DNA of 50,546 bases from a virus: UHGV virus genome UHGV-1368434. One strand, written 5' to 3'. The notes beneath the pieces are model-generated. The model was not told the origin of the DNA and did no database searches. It saw only the letters and a list, made by a program, of their open reading frames with translations. Of this stretch, positions 26,789-35,318 are shown in pieces (the first letter of the stretch is position 1; every line of letters begins with the position of its first letter). Position numbers and translations under genes: made by a program.

Positions 26789-27594
26789 AATATAAGGATA
26801 AAGAAATTGTTATAGTGTGTCCATCATATAAAAGACCTGTTGTTGAAACATTAAAATATATTCCTTTCTGTAAAGTGTATGTTTCACCAGAAGAATATAA
26901 AACATATTTAGAGTTTAACCCAAAACATAAAGAAAACATTGTTAAGTGTAAGAAAGGTGTACAAGGGAATCTATGTAGAGTGAGAAATTATATCCTTGAT
27001 GAAGAATTTAATCATGGTGCAGATATAGTCCTTATTATAGATGATGATTTACGGTGTATAGAGCATTTTGAAATGTCAGAGGATAAAAGTTATGCGTATG
27101 AAAAAGTAAAGCTGAAATCAGCGGACATATTAGGTTTTGTATATCGTTATTCATTGTTATGTGAAGAGTGGGGCTTTAAGTTTTGGGGAATAAATTGTAA
27201 CAGTGATACAATGAGCTATAGGCAGTATTCACCATTCAGTACCACAAGCTATATAGGAGGCCCATTTCAATGTTTTATAAAGGGCAATGAGTTAAGATAT
27301 GATGAAATGCTACCTTTGAAAGAAGATTATGATATGACATTGCAGAACATGAATAAGTATCGTGGAGCATTGAGAGTTAATAAATACCATTATGTTTGTA
27401 GGCAATCAGAACAAAAAGGTGGATGTGCAATTTATAGAAACATGGAAAAGGAAAAAGAACAATTTGAATTGCTACAAAAGAAATGGGGAAGTAATATTGT
27501 GAGGTTGGATACATCAAACAAAGGAAGAAGTAAGAAGAACAGGAAATATATTGATTATAACCCAATTATAAAAATACCAATAAAAGGAATTTAA
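26785..27594 (+). CDS. Putative GT-A-fold glycosyltransferase-like protein
   Basis: N-terminal IVIVCPSYKRP (compare GT2 IIIPTYNR) and a downstream acidic DxD-like IVLIIDDDL. ATGA overlap with the ParB-like gene. Confidence 0.3.
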   Translation: MKYKDKEIVIVCPSYKRPVVETLKYIPFCKVYVSPEEYKTYLEFNPKHKENIVKCKKGVQGNLCRVRNYILDEEFNHGADIVLIIDDDLRCIEHFEMSEDKSYAYEKVKLKSADILGFVYRYSLLCEEWGFKFWGINCNSDTMSYRQYSPFSTTSYIGGPFQCFIKGNELRYDEMLPLKEDYDMTLQNMNKYRGALRVNKYHYVCRQSEQKGGCAIYRNMEKEKEQFELLQKKWGSNIVRLDTSNKGRSKKNRKYIDYNPIIKIPIKGI

Positions 27595-27622
27595 GCACTC
27601 ATTTTAGGGTGCTTATTTTATT
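27593..27622 (+). terminator. Rho-independent terminator
   Basis: AAGCAC ...loop... GTGCTT followed by ATTTTATT. Confidence 0.5.
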
Positions 27623-27656
27623 ATATAAATAAATATAAAATATTATATAAAACATA

Positions 27657-27684
27657 TTGACTTTCTGCTATATTGTGTTATAAT
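27657..27684 (+). promoter_or_regulatory. SigA-type promoter plus leader, near-duplicate of the 5043 cassette
   Basis: TTGACT at 27657-27662 and TGtTATAAT at 27676-27684. The leader AAGTTAAGGAAAACAAATAAAACAAACTAGGAGGAA is about 85% identical to the 5074-5117 leader, but only a 12-codon ORF follows. Confidence 0.5.
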
Positions 27685-27823
27685 ATAATTAAAGTTAAGG
27701 AAAACAAATAAAACAAACTAGGAGGAACAAAAAATATGAAAAAAATTAAACAGAGCAAATTATACAGTAATTGATGAATTTGATTTAGATATAACAAAAA
27801 GAGTAAAAGTCTTAAAAAAGTAG

Positions 27824-27852
27824 TTGACATAATAAAACATATATGTTATTAT
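27824..27852 (+). promoter_or_regulatory. SigA-type promoter (TTGACA-17-TATTAT)
   Basis: TTGACA at 27824-27829 and TATTAT at 27847-27852. Same leader family (AAGTTAAGGAAC...AAAACAGGAGGAA). Confidence 0.5.
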
Positions 27853-27905
27853 ATAAACAAGTTAAGGAACAGTAAACAAATAAAACAAAACAGGAGGAAA
27901 ACAAA

Positions 27906-28112
27906 ATGAAGAGAACAATTATTACAGTAAAGGCAAATAGTTATAATGATTTTTGTCACAAATTAAGAAGTATGTATATTTGGGATGTAACAGTAAAGAG
28001 TGCAGGATGCAGATATAAATTGTATGATAATATTTCAGGAAATATTGTTGCATCTTATGATGAAAGAAAAGACCATGGTTTAGTTTATAATTATGGTAAG
28101 AGTTACAAATAA
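27906..28112 (+). CDS. Small hypothetical protein
   Basis: AGGAGGAAAAC RBS. 68 aa. Confidence 0.45.
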   Translation: MKRTIITVKANSYNDFCHKLRSMYIWDVTVKSAGCRYKLYDNISGNIVASYDERKDHGLVYNYGKSYK

Positions 28113-28126
28113 AATGAATAAAGTAA

Positions 28127-28155
28127 TTGACAAATATGGTATATTGTGTTAATAT
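28127..28155 (+). promoter_or_regulatory. SigA-type promoter (TTGACA-17-TGtTAATAT)
   Basis: TTGACA at 28127-28132 and TAATAT at 28150-28155. Confidence 0.5.
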
Positions 28156-28208
28156 ATAATCAGAAAGAAACAAAGAGAACAAAGAACAGATAAGGATGAT
28201 GATAAAAC

Positions 28209-28493
28209 ATGGTAAGAGTTAGGATGTATTTAAACAACAGAATAGCAAAAGAAAAATTCTTAGAGTATTGTGAATATAATATAGGGAACATTAAAATGAA
28301 AAGATTTAATGTAAGAGGAAGTGGTGTTCCAGTTGTATTATTAAAGAATAATGATTTTGTTTTGTTCATGTCTTGTCAAGTATATGCTGTATGGTGTATA
28401 GGCAGAACATATTATGATGATTTAGAACAGTGCTATAGAAGAAGTGGCTTTAAAATATCAAAGGAACTTGCAGAGCAGATTGAGAACATTTGA
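28209..28493 (+). CDS. Hypothetical protein
   Basis: 94 aa. Confidence 0.45.
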   Translation: MVRVRMYLNNRIAKEKFLEYCEYNIGNIKMKRFNVRGSGVPVVLLKNNDFVLFMSCQVYAVWCIGRTYYDDLEQCYRRSGFKISKELAEQIENI

Positions 28494-28523
28494 CAGGTGC
28501 TAAAGTCATTAAAACACAGGCAT

Positions 28524-28595
28524 TGCCTAGTAGCCAAACGGAAAGGCAGAGGACTTTGATTCCTTAATGTGTTGGTTCGAGTCCAACCTAGGCAG
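28524..28595 (+). tRNA. tRNA-Gln (anticodon UUG)
   Basis: Hand-folded cloverleaf. Acceptor UGCCUAG / CUAGGCA with a U1:A72 pair as in bacterial tRNA-Gln. Anticodon stem GAGGA / UCCUU, loop CUUUGAU. T-arm GUUGG-UUCGAGU-CCAAC. Confidence 0.65.
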
Positions 28596-28682
28596 TTGCA
28601 CACTATAAAAGGTGTACATATCAAATTTCTTTTCTTGCTAAAGTGTTGTGAGTAGTGTTTAGCGCATGAAAGCAACACATAA

Positions 28683-28755
28683 GGATTATTAGTTCAATGG
28701 TTAGAGCAACCGCCTCATAAGCGGTAAGTTATAGGTTCGAATCCTATATAATCCA
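28683..28755 (+). tRNA. tRNA-Met/Ile2 (anticodon CAU)
   Basis: Acceptor GGAUUAU / AUAAUCC, D-arm GUUC..GAGC, anticodon stem ACCGC / GCGGU with loop CUCAUAA, T-arm AUAGG-UUCGAAU-CCUAU. The G1:C72 pair argues against an initiator. Confidence 0.7.
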
Positions 28756-28816
28756 TTAGGCAGTAAAGCCTAAAAGAAAACAAATAAATATCTATTTCAG
28801 AAAGGAAGTACAAAAC

Positions 28817-29338
28817 ATGTGTGAATATGAAAAGAAAATACCAGTGTATGATATTAAGATAATTGTAGATGATGCGATTCTTGTAGACAGTAAACTCAAG
28901 CCATATTATGAAATTATGTATAGGAAAGTTGGAAGAAAGTATCATAACATTGGGTTTGGTTCATACCATTTAGAGAATGTAATTAAATGGAGAAAAGAAG
29001 TGTTCGAAGTTGTTGAAAGTAAAAGTGAGCAACAGAGAGAAGAAACGAAAGAAACAAAAGAAATTAATGAAGAAAGCAAGTTAGATGTATTAAAGAGAAA
29101 GATTGACACTCTGCTTGAAAGTCAAGCAACAATTATGAATGCAATCGGTTCAGTGATATGCATGAGCGAAATTAAAGATGAAGATTTGAAAATGAAAAAT
29201 GCAACACTTGAGAATCTTATTAATCACAGAGATGAATGCATGAAAGAAGTGTATGGAGAATCTTATGAAGAACTGTTTAAAACAATGGATAAAGTAGTTA
29301 ATAATCTTGGAGATATTTTAGATAAAATATTCAAGTAA
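28817..29338 (+). CDS. Hypothetical coiled-coil protein immediately upstream of TerL (weak terminase small-subunit candidate)
   Basis: AAAGGAAG RBS. 173 aa with an acidic middle. No HTH recognised. Confidence 0.35.
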   Translation: MCEYEKKIPVYDIKIIVDDAILVDSKLKPYYEIMYRKVGRKYHNIGFGSYHLENVIKWRKEVFEVVESKSEQQREETKETKEINEESKLDVLKRKIDTLLESQATIMNAIGSVICMSEIKDEDLKMKNATLENLINHRDECMKEVYGESYEELFKTMDKVVNNLGDILDKIFK

Positions 29339-29342
29339 AGCA

Positions 29343-29371
29343 TTGACGTATAAAATATAATATGGTATAAT
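29343..29371 (+). promoter_or_regulatory. SigA-type promoter (TTGACG-17-TATAAT)
   Basis: TTGACG at 29343-29348 and TATAAT at 29366-29371. Confidence 0.45.
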
Positions 29372-29384
29372 TAATTCAAACAGA

Positions 29385-29419
29385 AAGGCAGATGCACAGT
29401 GATGTATCTGTCCTTTTCT
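29385..29419 (+). terminator. Hairpin + T-run between the promoter and TerL (terminator or attenuator)
   Basis: AAGGCAGAT ..12 nt.. ATCTGTCCTT (one bulged A) followed by TTCTG. Confidence 0.4.
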
Positions 29420-29458
29420 GCTATTACAAACAAATTAAAACAAAAGGAGAAGTGAAGC

Positions 29459-30838
29459 ATGGATATTAATATTGATGTTTCGAAAAGGTTCTCCACTTTT
29501 TTAACAGATTGGAATTATGAACAATACCTTTTATTCGGTGGATATGGTAGCGGTAAGAGTTATCATGTAGCACTTAAAATCATATTAAAATTATTAGAAG
29601 AAAGAAGAACGTGCCTTGTTGTAAGACAAGTATATGGAACAATAAAAGAATCATGTTTTGCATTATTTAAAGAAATACTAGAAAAGATGAATATGCTAAG
29701 TGATGAATCATTGCCTAATCAGCACTTGCCTAAGAATGGAAAGGCTGTAGCGGTTATGTCACCAATGGAAGTGAGATTTTCAAATGGAAGTAGAATTATA
29801 TTTAGAGGAATGGACAATGTTGAGAAAATAAAGTCCATACATGGTGTTTCTATCGTTTGGATGGAAGAATGTAGTGAAATACGTTATGATGCTTATACAG
29901 AGCTTCTAGGACGTATCAGAGAGCCTAAAATGTCACTACACTTTATTATGACAACAAACCCAGTAGGGAAAGAGAATTGGGTATACAATACATTTTTTGT
30001 TCATACAGATGATAAAGGAAAAGAACGCGTAATACAGGAAGAACAGGAGATATACAGAAGAAGAACATTAGTAAACAAAAAGAATGGAGTATATTATCAT
30101 CATAGTATTGCAGATGATAACCCTTTCTTGCCAGCATCATATATAAAGCGTCTTGATGGATTAAAGATTAATGACCCACATTTATGGGCAGTAGCAAGGT
30201 GGGGAAGATTCGGAGCAAGTGGAACAAGGGTATTGCCACAGTTTACGATTGCAACAAACGCAAAACAATTTACAAATACAATAACAAACATACCAAGTAA
30301 ATACCATTTCTTTGGTTTGGATTTTGGCTTTGAAACAAGTTATAATGCACTTATTAGTTGTGCAGTAGATGATAAAAACAAAATATTATATATCTATGAT
30401 GAAGTATATAGAAACCATATAACAGATAACAAATTCATTTTGTTGGATGGAGTAAGGAAAACAAAAGGAAGAGCTGAAAGATGTAATAAACCAATATATG
30501 CGGATTCAGCAGAACCAAAGTCAATACAGTATTATAGACAAGAGGGATTCAGTATGTATGCTTGTAAAAAGTATGCGGGAAGTAGACTACAGAACACAAA
30601 GAAGATAAAACGTTTTAAGAAGATTATATGTTCTCCTAAGTGTAGAAACACAATAAAGGAATTGAAAGATTTAACGTATGCAAGGGATGCAAAAGGCAAT
30701 GTTATATATGATGAATTTAATATAGATGCTCACACGTTTAAAAATACCACAAGACTAGGCGTGTATAAAGCGATAGAAAAGACTGGAAAGGCTGAAATGC
30801 AGACCAGAACGGAAGTCTTACAGCGTATGGCTGTTTGA
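29459..30838 (+). CDS. terL: Terminase large subunit
   Basis: Walker A LLFGGYGSGKS. Nuclease motifs FGLDFGFE..AVDD, IYADSAEP and YDEFNIDAH. AAAAGGAGAAG RBS. Confidence 0.85.
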   Translation: MDINIDVSKRFSTFLTDWNYEQYLLFGGYGSGKSYHVALKIILKLLEERRTCLVVRQVYGTIKESCFALFKEILEKMNMLSDESLPNQHLPKNGKAVAVMSPMEVRFSNGSRIIFRGMDNVEKIKSIHGVSIVWMEECSEIRYDAYTELLGRIREPKMSLHFIMTTNPVGKENWVYNTFFVHTDDKGKERVIQEEQEIYRRRTLVNKKNGVYYHHSIADDNPFLPASYIKRLDGLKINDPHLWAVARWGRFGASGTRVLPQFTIATNAKQFTNTITNIPSKYHFFGLDFGFETSYNALISCAVDDKNKILYIYDEVYRNHITDNKFILLDGVRKTKGRAERCNKPIYADSAEPKSIQYYRQEGFSMYACKKYAGSRLQNTKKIKRFKKIICSPKCRNTIKELKDLTYARDAKGNVIYDEFNIDAHTFKNTTRLGVYKAIEKTGKAEMQTRTEVLQRMAV

Positions 30839-30919
30839 CACGTGCAACGCATAGGAACTGACGAAAGAATAATGTTCCCAAGAGCTATTGCGACAATATT
30901 ATAAAGGAGGTTGCCAGTG

Positions 30920-31654
30920 ATGTATGAGAGAAAGAAAGTCAATACATTAGCAACAGAATATGAACAAGTATTAGATATTTATGAAATAGACAAATATGGA
31001 AATGTTTATGGAAAAGATGGAATGGAATTAGTACAGAGTTTTAACAGCAGTGGATATAAACAAGTAGCTTTAAAGTTACAAGGCGAAAGAAGATGGAAGA
31101 AATGTTTTGTACATAGATTGGTGGCTTATGCTTTTGTAGATGGTCATACAGAGGAAAGAAACATTGCTGACCACATAGACGGAAACAAATTGAATAACAA
31201 ACTAAACAATCTTAGATGGTGTACACAAAAAGAAAACATGGCTAACGAAAACACTGTAGAGAAAATGTGGGATGCCAATGGAAAAGGAAAATGTTATGTG
31301 TATGATTTTAGATTGAACTTTGTAGGAGCTTATACAAATATGAAAGAAGCACAAGTCGAGTTGCATAGAACATTTAGAGGATTGAATACAAGATGCAGAG
31401 AGTATTATTTATTACAAGATACAAATTTAGAAAGGGTATTAAAAATAAATAAAAAATGTATGTATCATTCAATCGTTATAACTGACATTGAAACTCATAA
31501 AAAGTATTATTTCTATTCAAAAACAGAAGCAATGAAATTCTTCAATAATAAAGTGAACATAACACAAGCTATTCAGAAGAATTGGACAGTAAGAGGAAAA
31601 TATAAAGTTCGTATTTTGAATTATAAGAAGTTAATAGGTATGCTAGACTTGTAG
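30920..31654 (+). CDS. HNH endonuclease (terminase-associated), paralogue of the intron HNH
   Basis: ATG at 30920, 9 nt after AAAGGAGG (the track's 30911 is a TTG). ADHIDGNKLNNKLNNLRWCTQKEN motif. The N-terminal IDKYGNVYGKDG region parallels IDEYGNVLNEKTG in 11258..11746. Confidence 0.7.
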   Translation: MYERKKVNTLATEYEQVLDIYEIDKYGNVYGKDGMELVQSFNSSGYKQVALKLQGERRWKKCFVHRLVAYAFVDGHTEERNIADHIDGNKLNNKLNNLRWCTQKENMANENTVEKMWDANGKGKCYVYDFRLNFVGAYTNMKEAQVELHRTFRGLNTRCREYYLLQDTNLERVLKINKKCMYHSIVITDIETHKKYYFYSKTEAMKFFNNKVNITQAIQKNWTVRGKYKVRILNYKKLIGMLDL

Positions 31655-31838
31655 GAATAGAAACTGCAAGAGGGTAGGATAAAAAGCCTATCGAATTAAC
31701 GTAGTGCATTGTGGTATGCGTTAGACCAGTATACAGTAGCTGATATTAAGCAAATAAAGACAAATAGCAAGAGTGGTTAGTATTTATAGGTTAAGTAAAT
31801 AAAATGGCATATAGGCGGTAAATAGAAGCTTATAGGAG

Positions 31839-32099
31839 GTGTTAAGAATGTTGAGAAGTTGGAAGAAATTAAAAACAATTAAGAACAGTATAAAACAACT
31901 AAGAGCAATGCAAGAACAAAACATTGGTGATGATTATAGTTGTGGAATCTATAATGGAATAGAATTATGTATGGCAATCATAGAAGAAAGAGAACCAGTA
32001 TTTGCAACATATGATTCAGAGCCATTGAATATAGAACATGATGAAACAGTAGAAAGAACAGTGGCAAGCGGAATAATTAGAAGAGGTACAGGCTTATGA
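31839..32099 (+). CDS. Hypothetical protein
   Basis: ATAGGAGGTG RBS. 86 aa. Confidence 0.4.
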   Translation: MLRMLRSWKKLKTIKNSIKQLRAMQEQNIGDDYSCGIYNGIELCMAIIEEREPVFATYDSEPLNIEHDETVERTVASGIIRRGTGL

Positions 32100-32404
32100 G
32101 AGAATTACATTTTGATGTTGCTGGACAGTTATTAAGACGAAACAAGCAATGTGATTTTGAAAACATTGTAAGGGGTTCTGATAATTATTTGTGTTTGGTA
32201 TTCCATTTTGACAATGATTGGAAAGAAACAAAAAGAGTTATAAGTTTCTATGATGTAGATGGAAAACAAACAAATGAGATTATACAGGATAAAGTAACAG
32301 TTCCAGTAGATGTAACACATGGAAGTATGTTTTATTTTGAATTAACAGGTAAAAGCAACAAAACAAGAATAACAACAAACAGAATGTATATAGAACAAAC
32401 ATAA
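32096..32404 (+). CDS. Hypothetical protein
   Basis: ATGA overlap with the previous gene. 102 aa. Confidence 0.4.
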   Translation: MRELHFDVAGQLLRRNKQCDFENIVRGSDNYLCLVFHFDNDWKETKRVISFYDVDGKQTNEIIQDKVTVPVDVTHGSMFYFELTGKSNKTRITTNRMYIEQT

Positions 32405-32417
32405 GGGGGTGTAAGAA

Positions 32418-34424
32418 GTGCCTAGTGTAGATGAATTATTAAATGCGGCAGAAGTTGTAGAAGCAACATTAACAGAAACAAATGATAAAATAGAGATAGA
32501 TGCAGATACAAGAACAATGATTATTCCAGACACAGAAAGAATATTCGGTGTTATGAGTGATGAAAAAGGTGAAAGAAAATATTTCAGATGTAAAAGGTTT
32601 GTTGGAAATGGAATAGACTTAAGCAAACTAGATGTAAGAGTTATTTATCAAAATGCAAGTGGGTTAGAAAGCGGAAGAGACAAATATATTGTAACAGACT
32701 TAGCAACAGATGGTGAGGACTATGTAACATTCAGTTGGGAACTAAGCAGAAAAGTAACAGCATATAATGGTGTTATATCTTTTATTGTTTGTGCCATTAA
32801 AACTGGAACGGACGGTATTATAACAAATGAATGGAATACTACACTTGCAAATGGTGTAGTATTGGATGGATTGGAAGTAAGTGGAACACAGGAGCAAGAA
32901 AAAGAAGCGTATGACTATTACAAGCAACTTGAAGCAGAGTTGTTAAAAGTAGCAAATGAGCAGAAAACAGAAATAAAAAATGTAATAAAGAATAAAGTTG
33001 ATAAACCAACAGTCAATGATAACAATAAAATACCAAGAGCAAAAGATGGAGAAGTTGAGTGGGTAGAAGTAGGTCAACCAACAGACGAACAAACAAACAA
33101 TGCAGTAAAAAGTTGGTTAAATGAACATCCAGAAGCAACTACAACCGTACAAGATGGAAGTATTGAGGAAATAAAAATCAACAAAAATTTCTTATTGTAT
33201 ATTAAAAATAACTATGTTACACCCGAAATGTTCGGTGCTATTGGTGATGGCAAAACAGATGATACTAATGCATTCATACTTATGCTGAACAGTGATAACA
33301 TTATATGGAAACTTGACGGAAACAAAACTTATAAAGTTAATACTTTTACGATTACGAAAAAAATTATAGTTGATGGTAATGGTGCAGTTATTAAATCACA
33401 ACAGCCAATTATTATAGATGCTACTATTGAGGAATCATTCTATTACAGTAGTTATAATAATATTATTTTTGATGGCGGTCTTAACATTGTAAAAGGTTCA
33501 CAAATGTATATTACTAATTGCGTTTTTAGAAACGCAACAAACGGTATTTCATACAGTAACTCATCTAAAGAAACGTTTATCACAAAATGTAGAATTAATA
33601 ATTGTGATGTTGGCATATATTCTAATGGTTCAGACGTTGAAGTATCATATATAACAATTAGAGAGTGTTACACAGCACTATTAATAAAAAAACCGTCTAC
33701 ATTTTCAAATGTACATGCATGGTTAAGTGATAATTTTGTAGGTAGTAAATTTGCAGATTGCTATGCTGATGCTACATTCAATGACTGTTATTCTGACACT
33801 TATCAGTATGCTTTTTATGTAAATACCGTAATATACTTAAAAATATATAATGTATTTTGTTTGAGAAACGTAAATTATTGGGATGATACAGAGGCTCAAT
33901 ATTTATTGTATTCAAATAATAAAGATAACTTTATTCATACACTTGTTGAGGGTGGCTCTTTTATTGGTGATAAGTTGCATGAATACTACTTTTCAAATTA
34001 TCAGCAAAATATATTTTGTTGTAAAGGGTTAGACGTTGCAAGATACATTAAAAATGCTGATACAAATTATATTGTTGGCTTAACACTGGAAAGCGGTTCT
34101 ATTGTTAGAAACAACAATAACAATATTATTATCAACCCGCATTCAGTAACTATAAGCGCAACAATAGAATTTGATGGCAATGGAACAGGTACACAGAAAG
34201 TTGCATCTGTAAGCGAATCTATTGCACCATCATCAACAATTATAGCACCATGCGGTATAACAACAGGGGACGGTGCAACTTATAGCGCGTTTAGAAATTT
34301 ATCTAATCTTATTATCGACAAAAATGGCGATATAACGATTAGAAATAAAGAAGCATTGAGTGGAAAAATGTATGTTGGAATCTTCATTACTTATGTTGCA
34401 AAAAATAGAAACTATATAAACTAA
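32418..34424 (+). CDS. Receptor-binding / tailspike-like protein with pectate-lyase (right-handed beta-helix) domain
   Basis: GTG start after AAGGGGGTG. The N-terminal 130 aa resemble a phage tail-fibre N-terminal domain. The central FGAIGDGKTDDTNAF is the classic pectate-lyase / GH28 beta-helix motif, followed by NxxG repeats. Confidence 0.6.
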   Translation: MPSVDELLNAAEVVEATLTETNDKIEIDADTRTMIIPDTERIFGVMSDEKGERKYFRCKRFVGNGIDLSKLDVRVIYQNASGLESGRDKYIVTDLATDGEDYVTFSWELSRKVTAYNGVISFIVCAIKTGTDGIITNEWNTTLANGVVLDGLEVSGTQEQEKEAYDYYKQLEAELLKVANEQKTEIKNVIKNKVDKPTVNDNNKIPRAKDGEVEWVEVGQPTDEQTNNAVKSWLNEHPEATTTVQDGSIEEIKINKNFLLYIKNNYVTPEMFGAIGDGKTDDTNAFILMLNSDNIIWKLDGNKTYKVNTFTITKKIIVDGNGAVIKSQQPIIIDATIEESFYYSSYNNIIFDGGLNIVKGSQMYITNCVFRNATNGISYSNSSKETFITKCRINNCDVGIYSNGSDVEVSYITIRECYTALLIKKPSTFSNVHAWLSDNFVGSKFADCYADATFNDCYSDTYQYAFYVNTVIYLKIYNVFCLRNVNYWDDTEAQYLLYSNNKDNFIHTLVEGGSFIGDKLHEYYFSNYQQNIFCCKGLDVARYIKNADTNYIVGLTLESGSIVRNNNNNIIINPHSVTISATIEFDGNGTGTQKVASVSESIAPSSTIIAPCGITTGDGATYSAFRNLSNLIIDKNGDITIRNKEALSGKMYVGIFITYVAKNRNYIN

Positions 34425-34755
34425 CTCTTAACTATAACTGTAAATAATATGACAGATATTCTACAAATATATTATTTAGGTGAAGAAACGAATTCAGTTA
34501 AGTATAAGTTGTATAGTAGTTCGGGTTCATTTTCCGGTATGTCATTTCATGTAGCGGTAAAAAAGACAATAGTAATAATGAAAAAGGTTGTTCTGTTCGT
34601 TCAAGTACTGATTTCATGTTTGATGGAATTCTATTGTTAAGATTAGATATTAAAATTGAATTGTACTAAACTAATTAAATGATACTTTAACTATCTAAAA
34701 AAAGTTGGTGTGATATTCTGGTATAACTAAAAAAAATAACAGGAGGTATAGCAAT

Positions 34756-35040
34756 GTGACAACGGCAGAAATGATAGGTATAGTAGTATTAGGCTTAAGT
34801 TCACTTATTGGAATATTTACAGCAGTATATAGACCGTTAAGTGAGAACACAAAAGAAATGAAAGAACAAAATGAAAAACTAGAAAAACAAAACAAAGAAA
34901 TAGAAGAATATAAAGAACACGTAAGAAAAGGACAAAAACAACAGTGGGATGAAATAGAAAGAAACGAAAAAGAAATAGGAGAAACAAAACATGAATTAGA
35001 GTTATGTCGATTAGAAAATGGAGGTAAAAAACATGTTTAA
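34756..35040 (+). CDS. Membrane-anchored coiled-coil protein of lysis cassette (holin-associated)
   Basis: GTG start 9 nt after AGGAGG. One TM (IGIVVLGLSSLIGIFTAVY) followed by a K/E-rich coiled coil. Confidence 0.4.
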   Translation: MTTAEMIGIVVLGLSSLIGIFTAVYRPLSENTKEMKEQNEKLEKQNKEIEEYKEHVRKGQKQQWDEIERNEKEIGETKHELELCRLENGGKKHV

Positions 35041-35263
35041 AAATTGTGTATTTAGACCAAGTGTTAATACAGTTGAGTGGTTTAAGGCGGCAAGTGTAAG
35101 AGCAGTTATAACAATGGCAAATGCGGCTATTGCGGCTATTGGTGTAGGAACAACAATGAATGATGTTGATTGGAAAGTTGTTTTAAGTACAGCTGTATTA
35201 TCAGGAATCTTGAGTATTCTAACGAGTGTTGCTGGCATTAAAGAGGTACAAGCTAAGGAATAG
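35033..35263 (+). CDS. Holin (two TM)
   Basis: ATG at 35033, 8 nt after GGAGG. Two hydrophobic segments (AVITMANAAIAAIGVG, VVLSTAVLSGILSILTSVAG) and a charged C-terminus, immediately upstream of the endolysin. Confidence 0.55.
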   Translation: MFKNCVFRPSVNTVEWFKAASVRAVITMANAAIAAIGVGTTMNDVDWKVVLSTAVLSGILSILTSVAGIKEVQAKE

Positions 35264-35318
35264 TAAGGTGTCATATAAAAATTGATTCTAGGGGTATTCT
35301 AGGAGGTTATAGAGGTAT

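Noticed and set aside
27736-27774. 12-codon ORF MKKIKQSKLYSN after the duplicated promoter-leader
   Set aside because: Too short to call a gene. It is reported only as the remnant following the duplicated cassette.
28596-28682. Possible third tRNA between tRNA-Gln and tRNA(CAU)
   Set aside because: Only a weak 6-bp stem (GTGTTG..CAACAC) with a 24-nt loop is present. No cloverleaf with a T-loop consensus could be built.
29459-31654. Possibility that terL is also intron-interrupted, with the HNH gene intronic as in the polymerase gene
   Set aside because: The TerL ORF already contains Walker A and all three nuclease motifs (GLD..D, ADSAEP, DAH) and ends at a normal length of 459 aa. The downstream ORFs 31839 and 32096 show no terminase-like sequence. 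The HNH is therefore a free-standing terminase-associated endonuclease.
34449-34640. 63-aa + strand ORF after the RBP gene
   Set aside because: No RBS, hydrophobic low-complexity product, and it lies within a T-rich intergenic tail. Probably noncoding.
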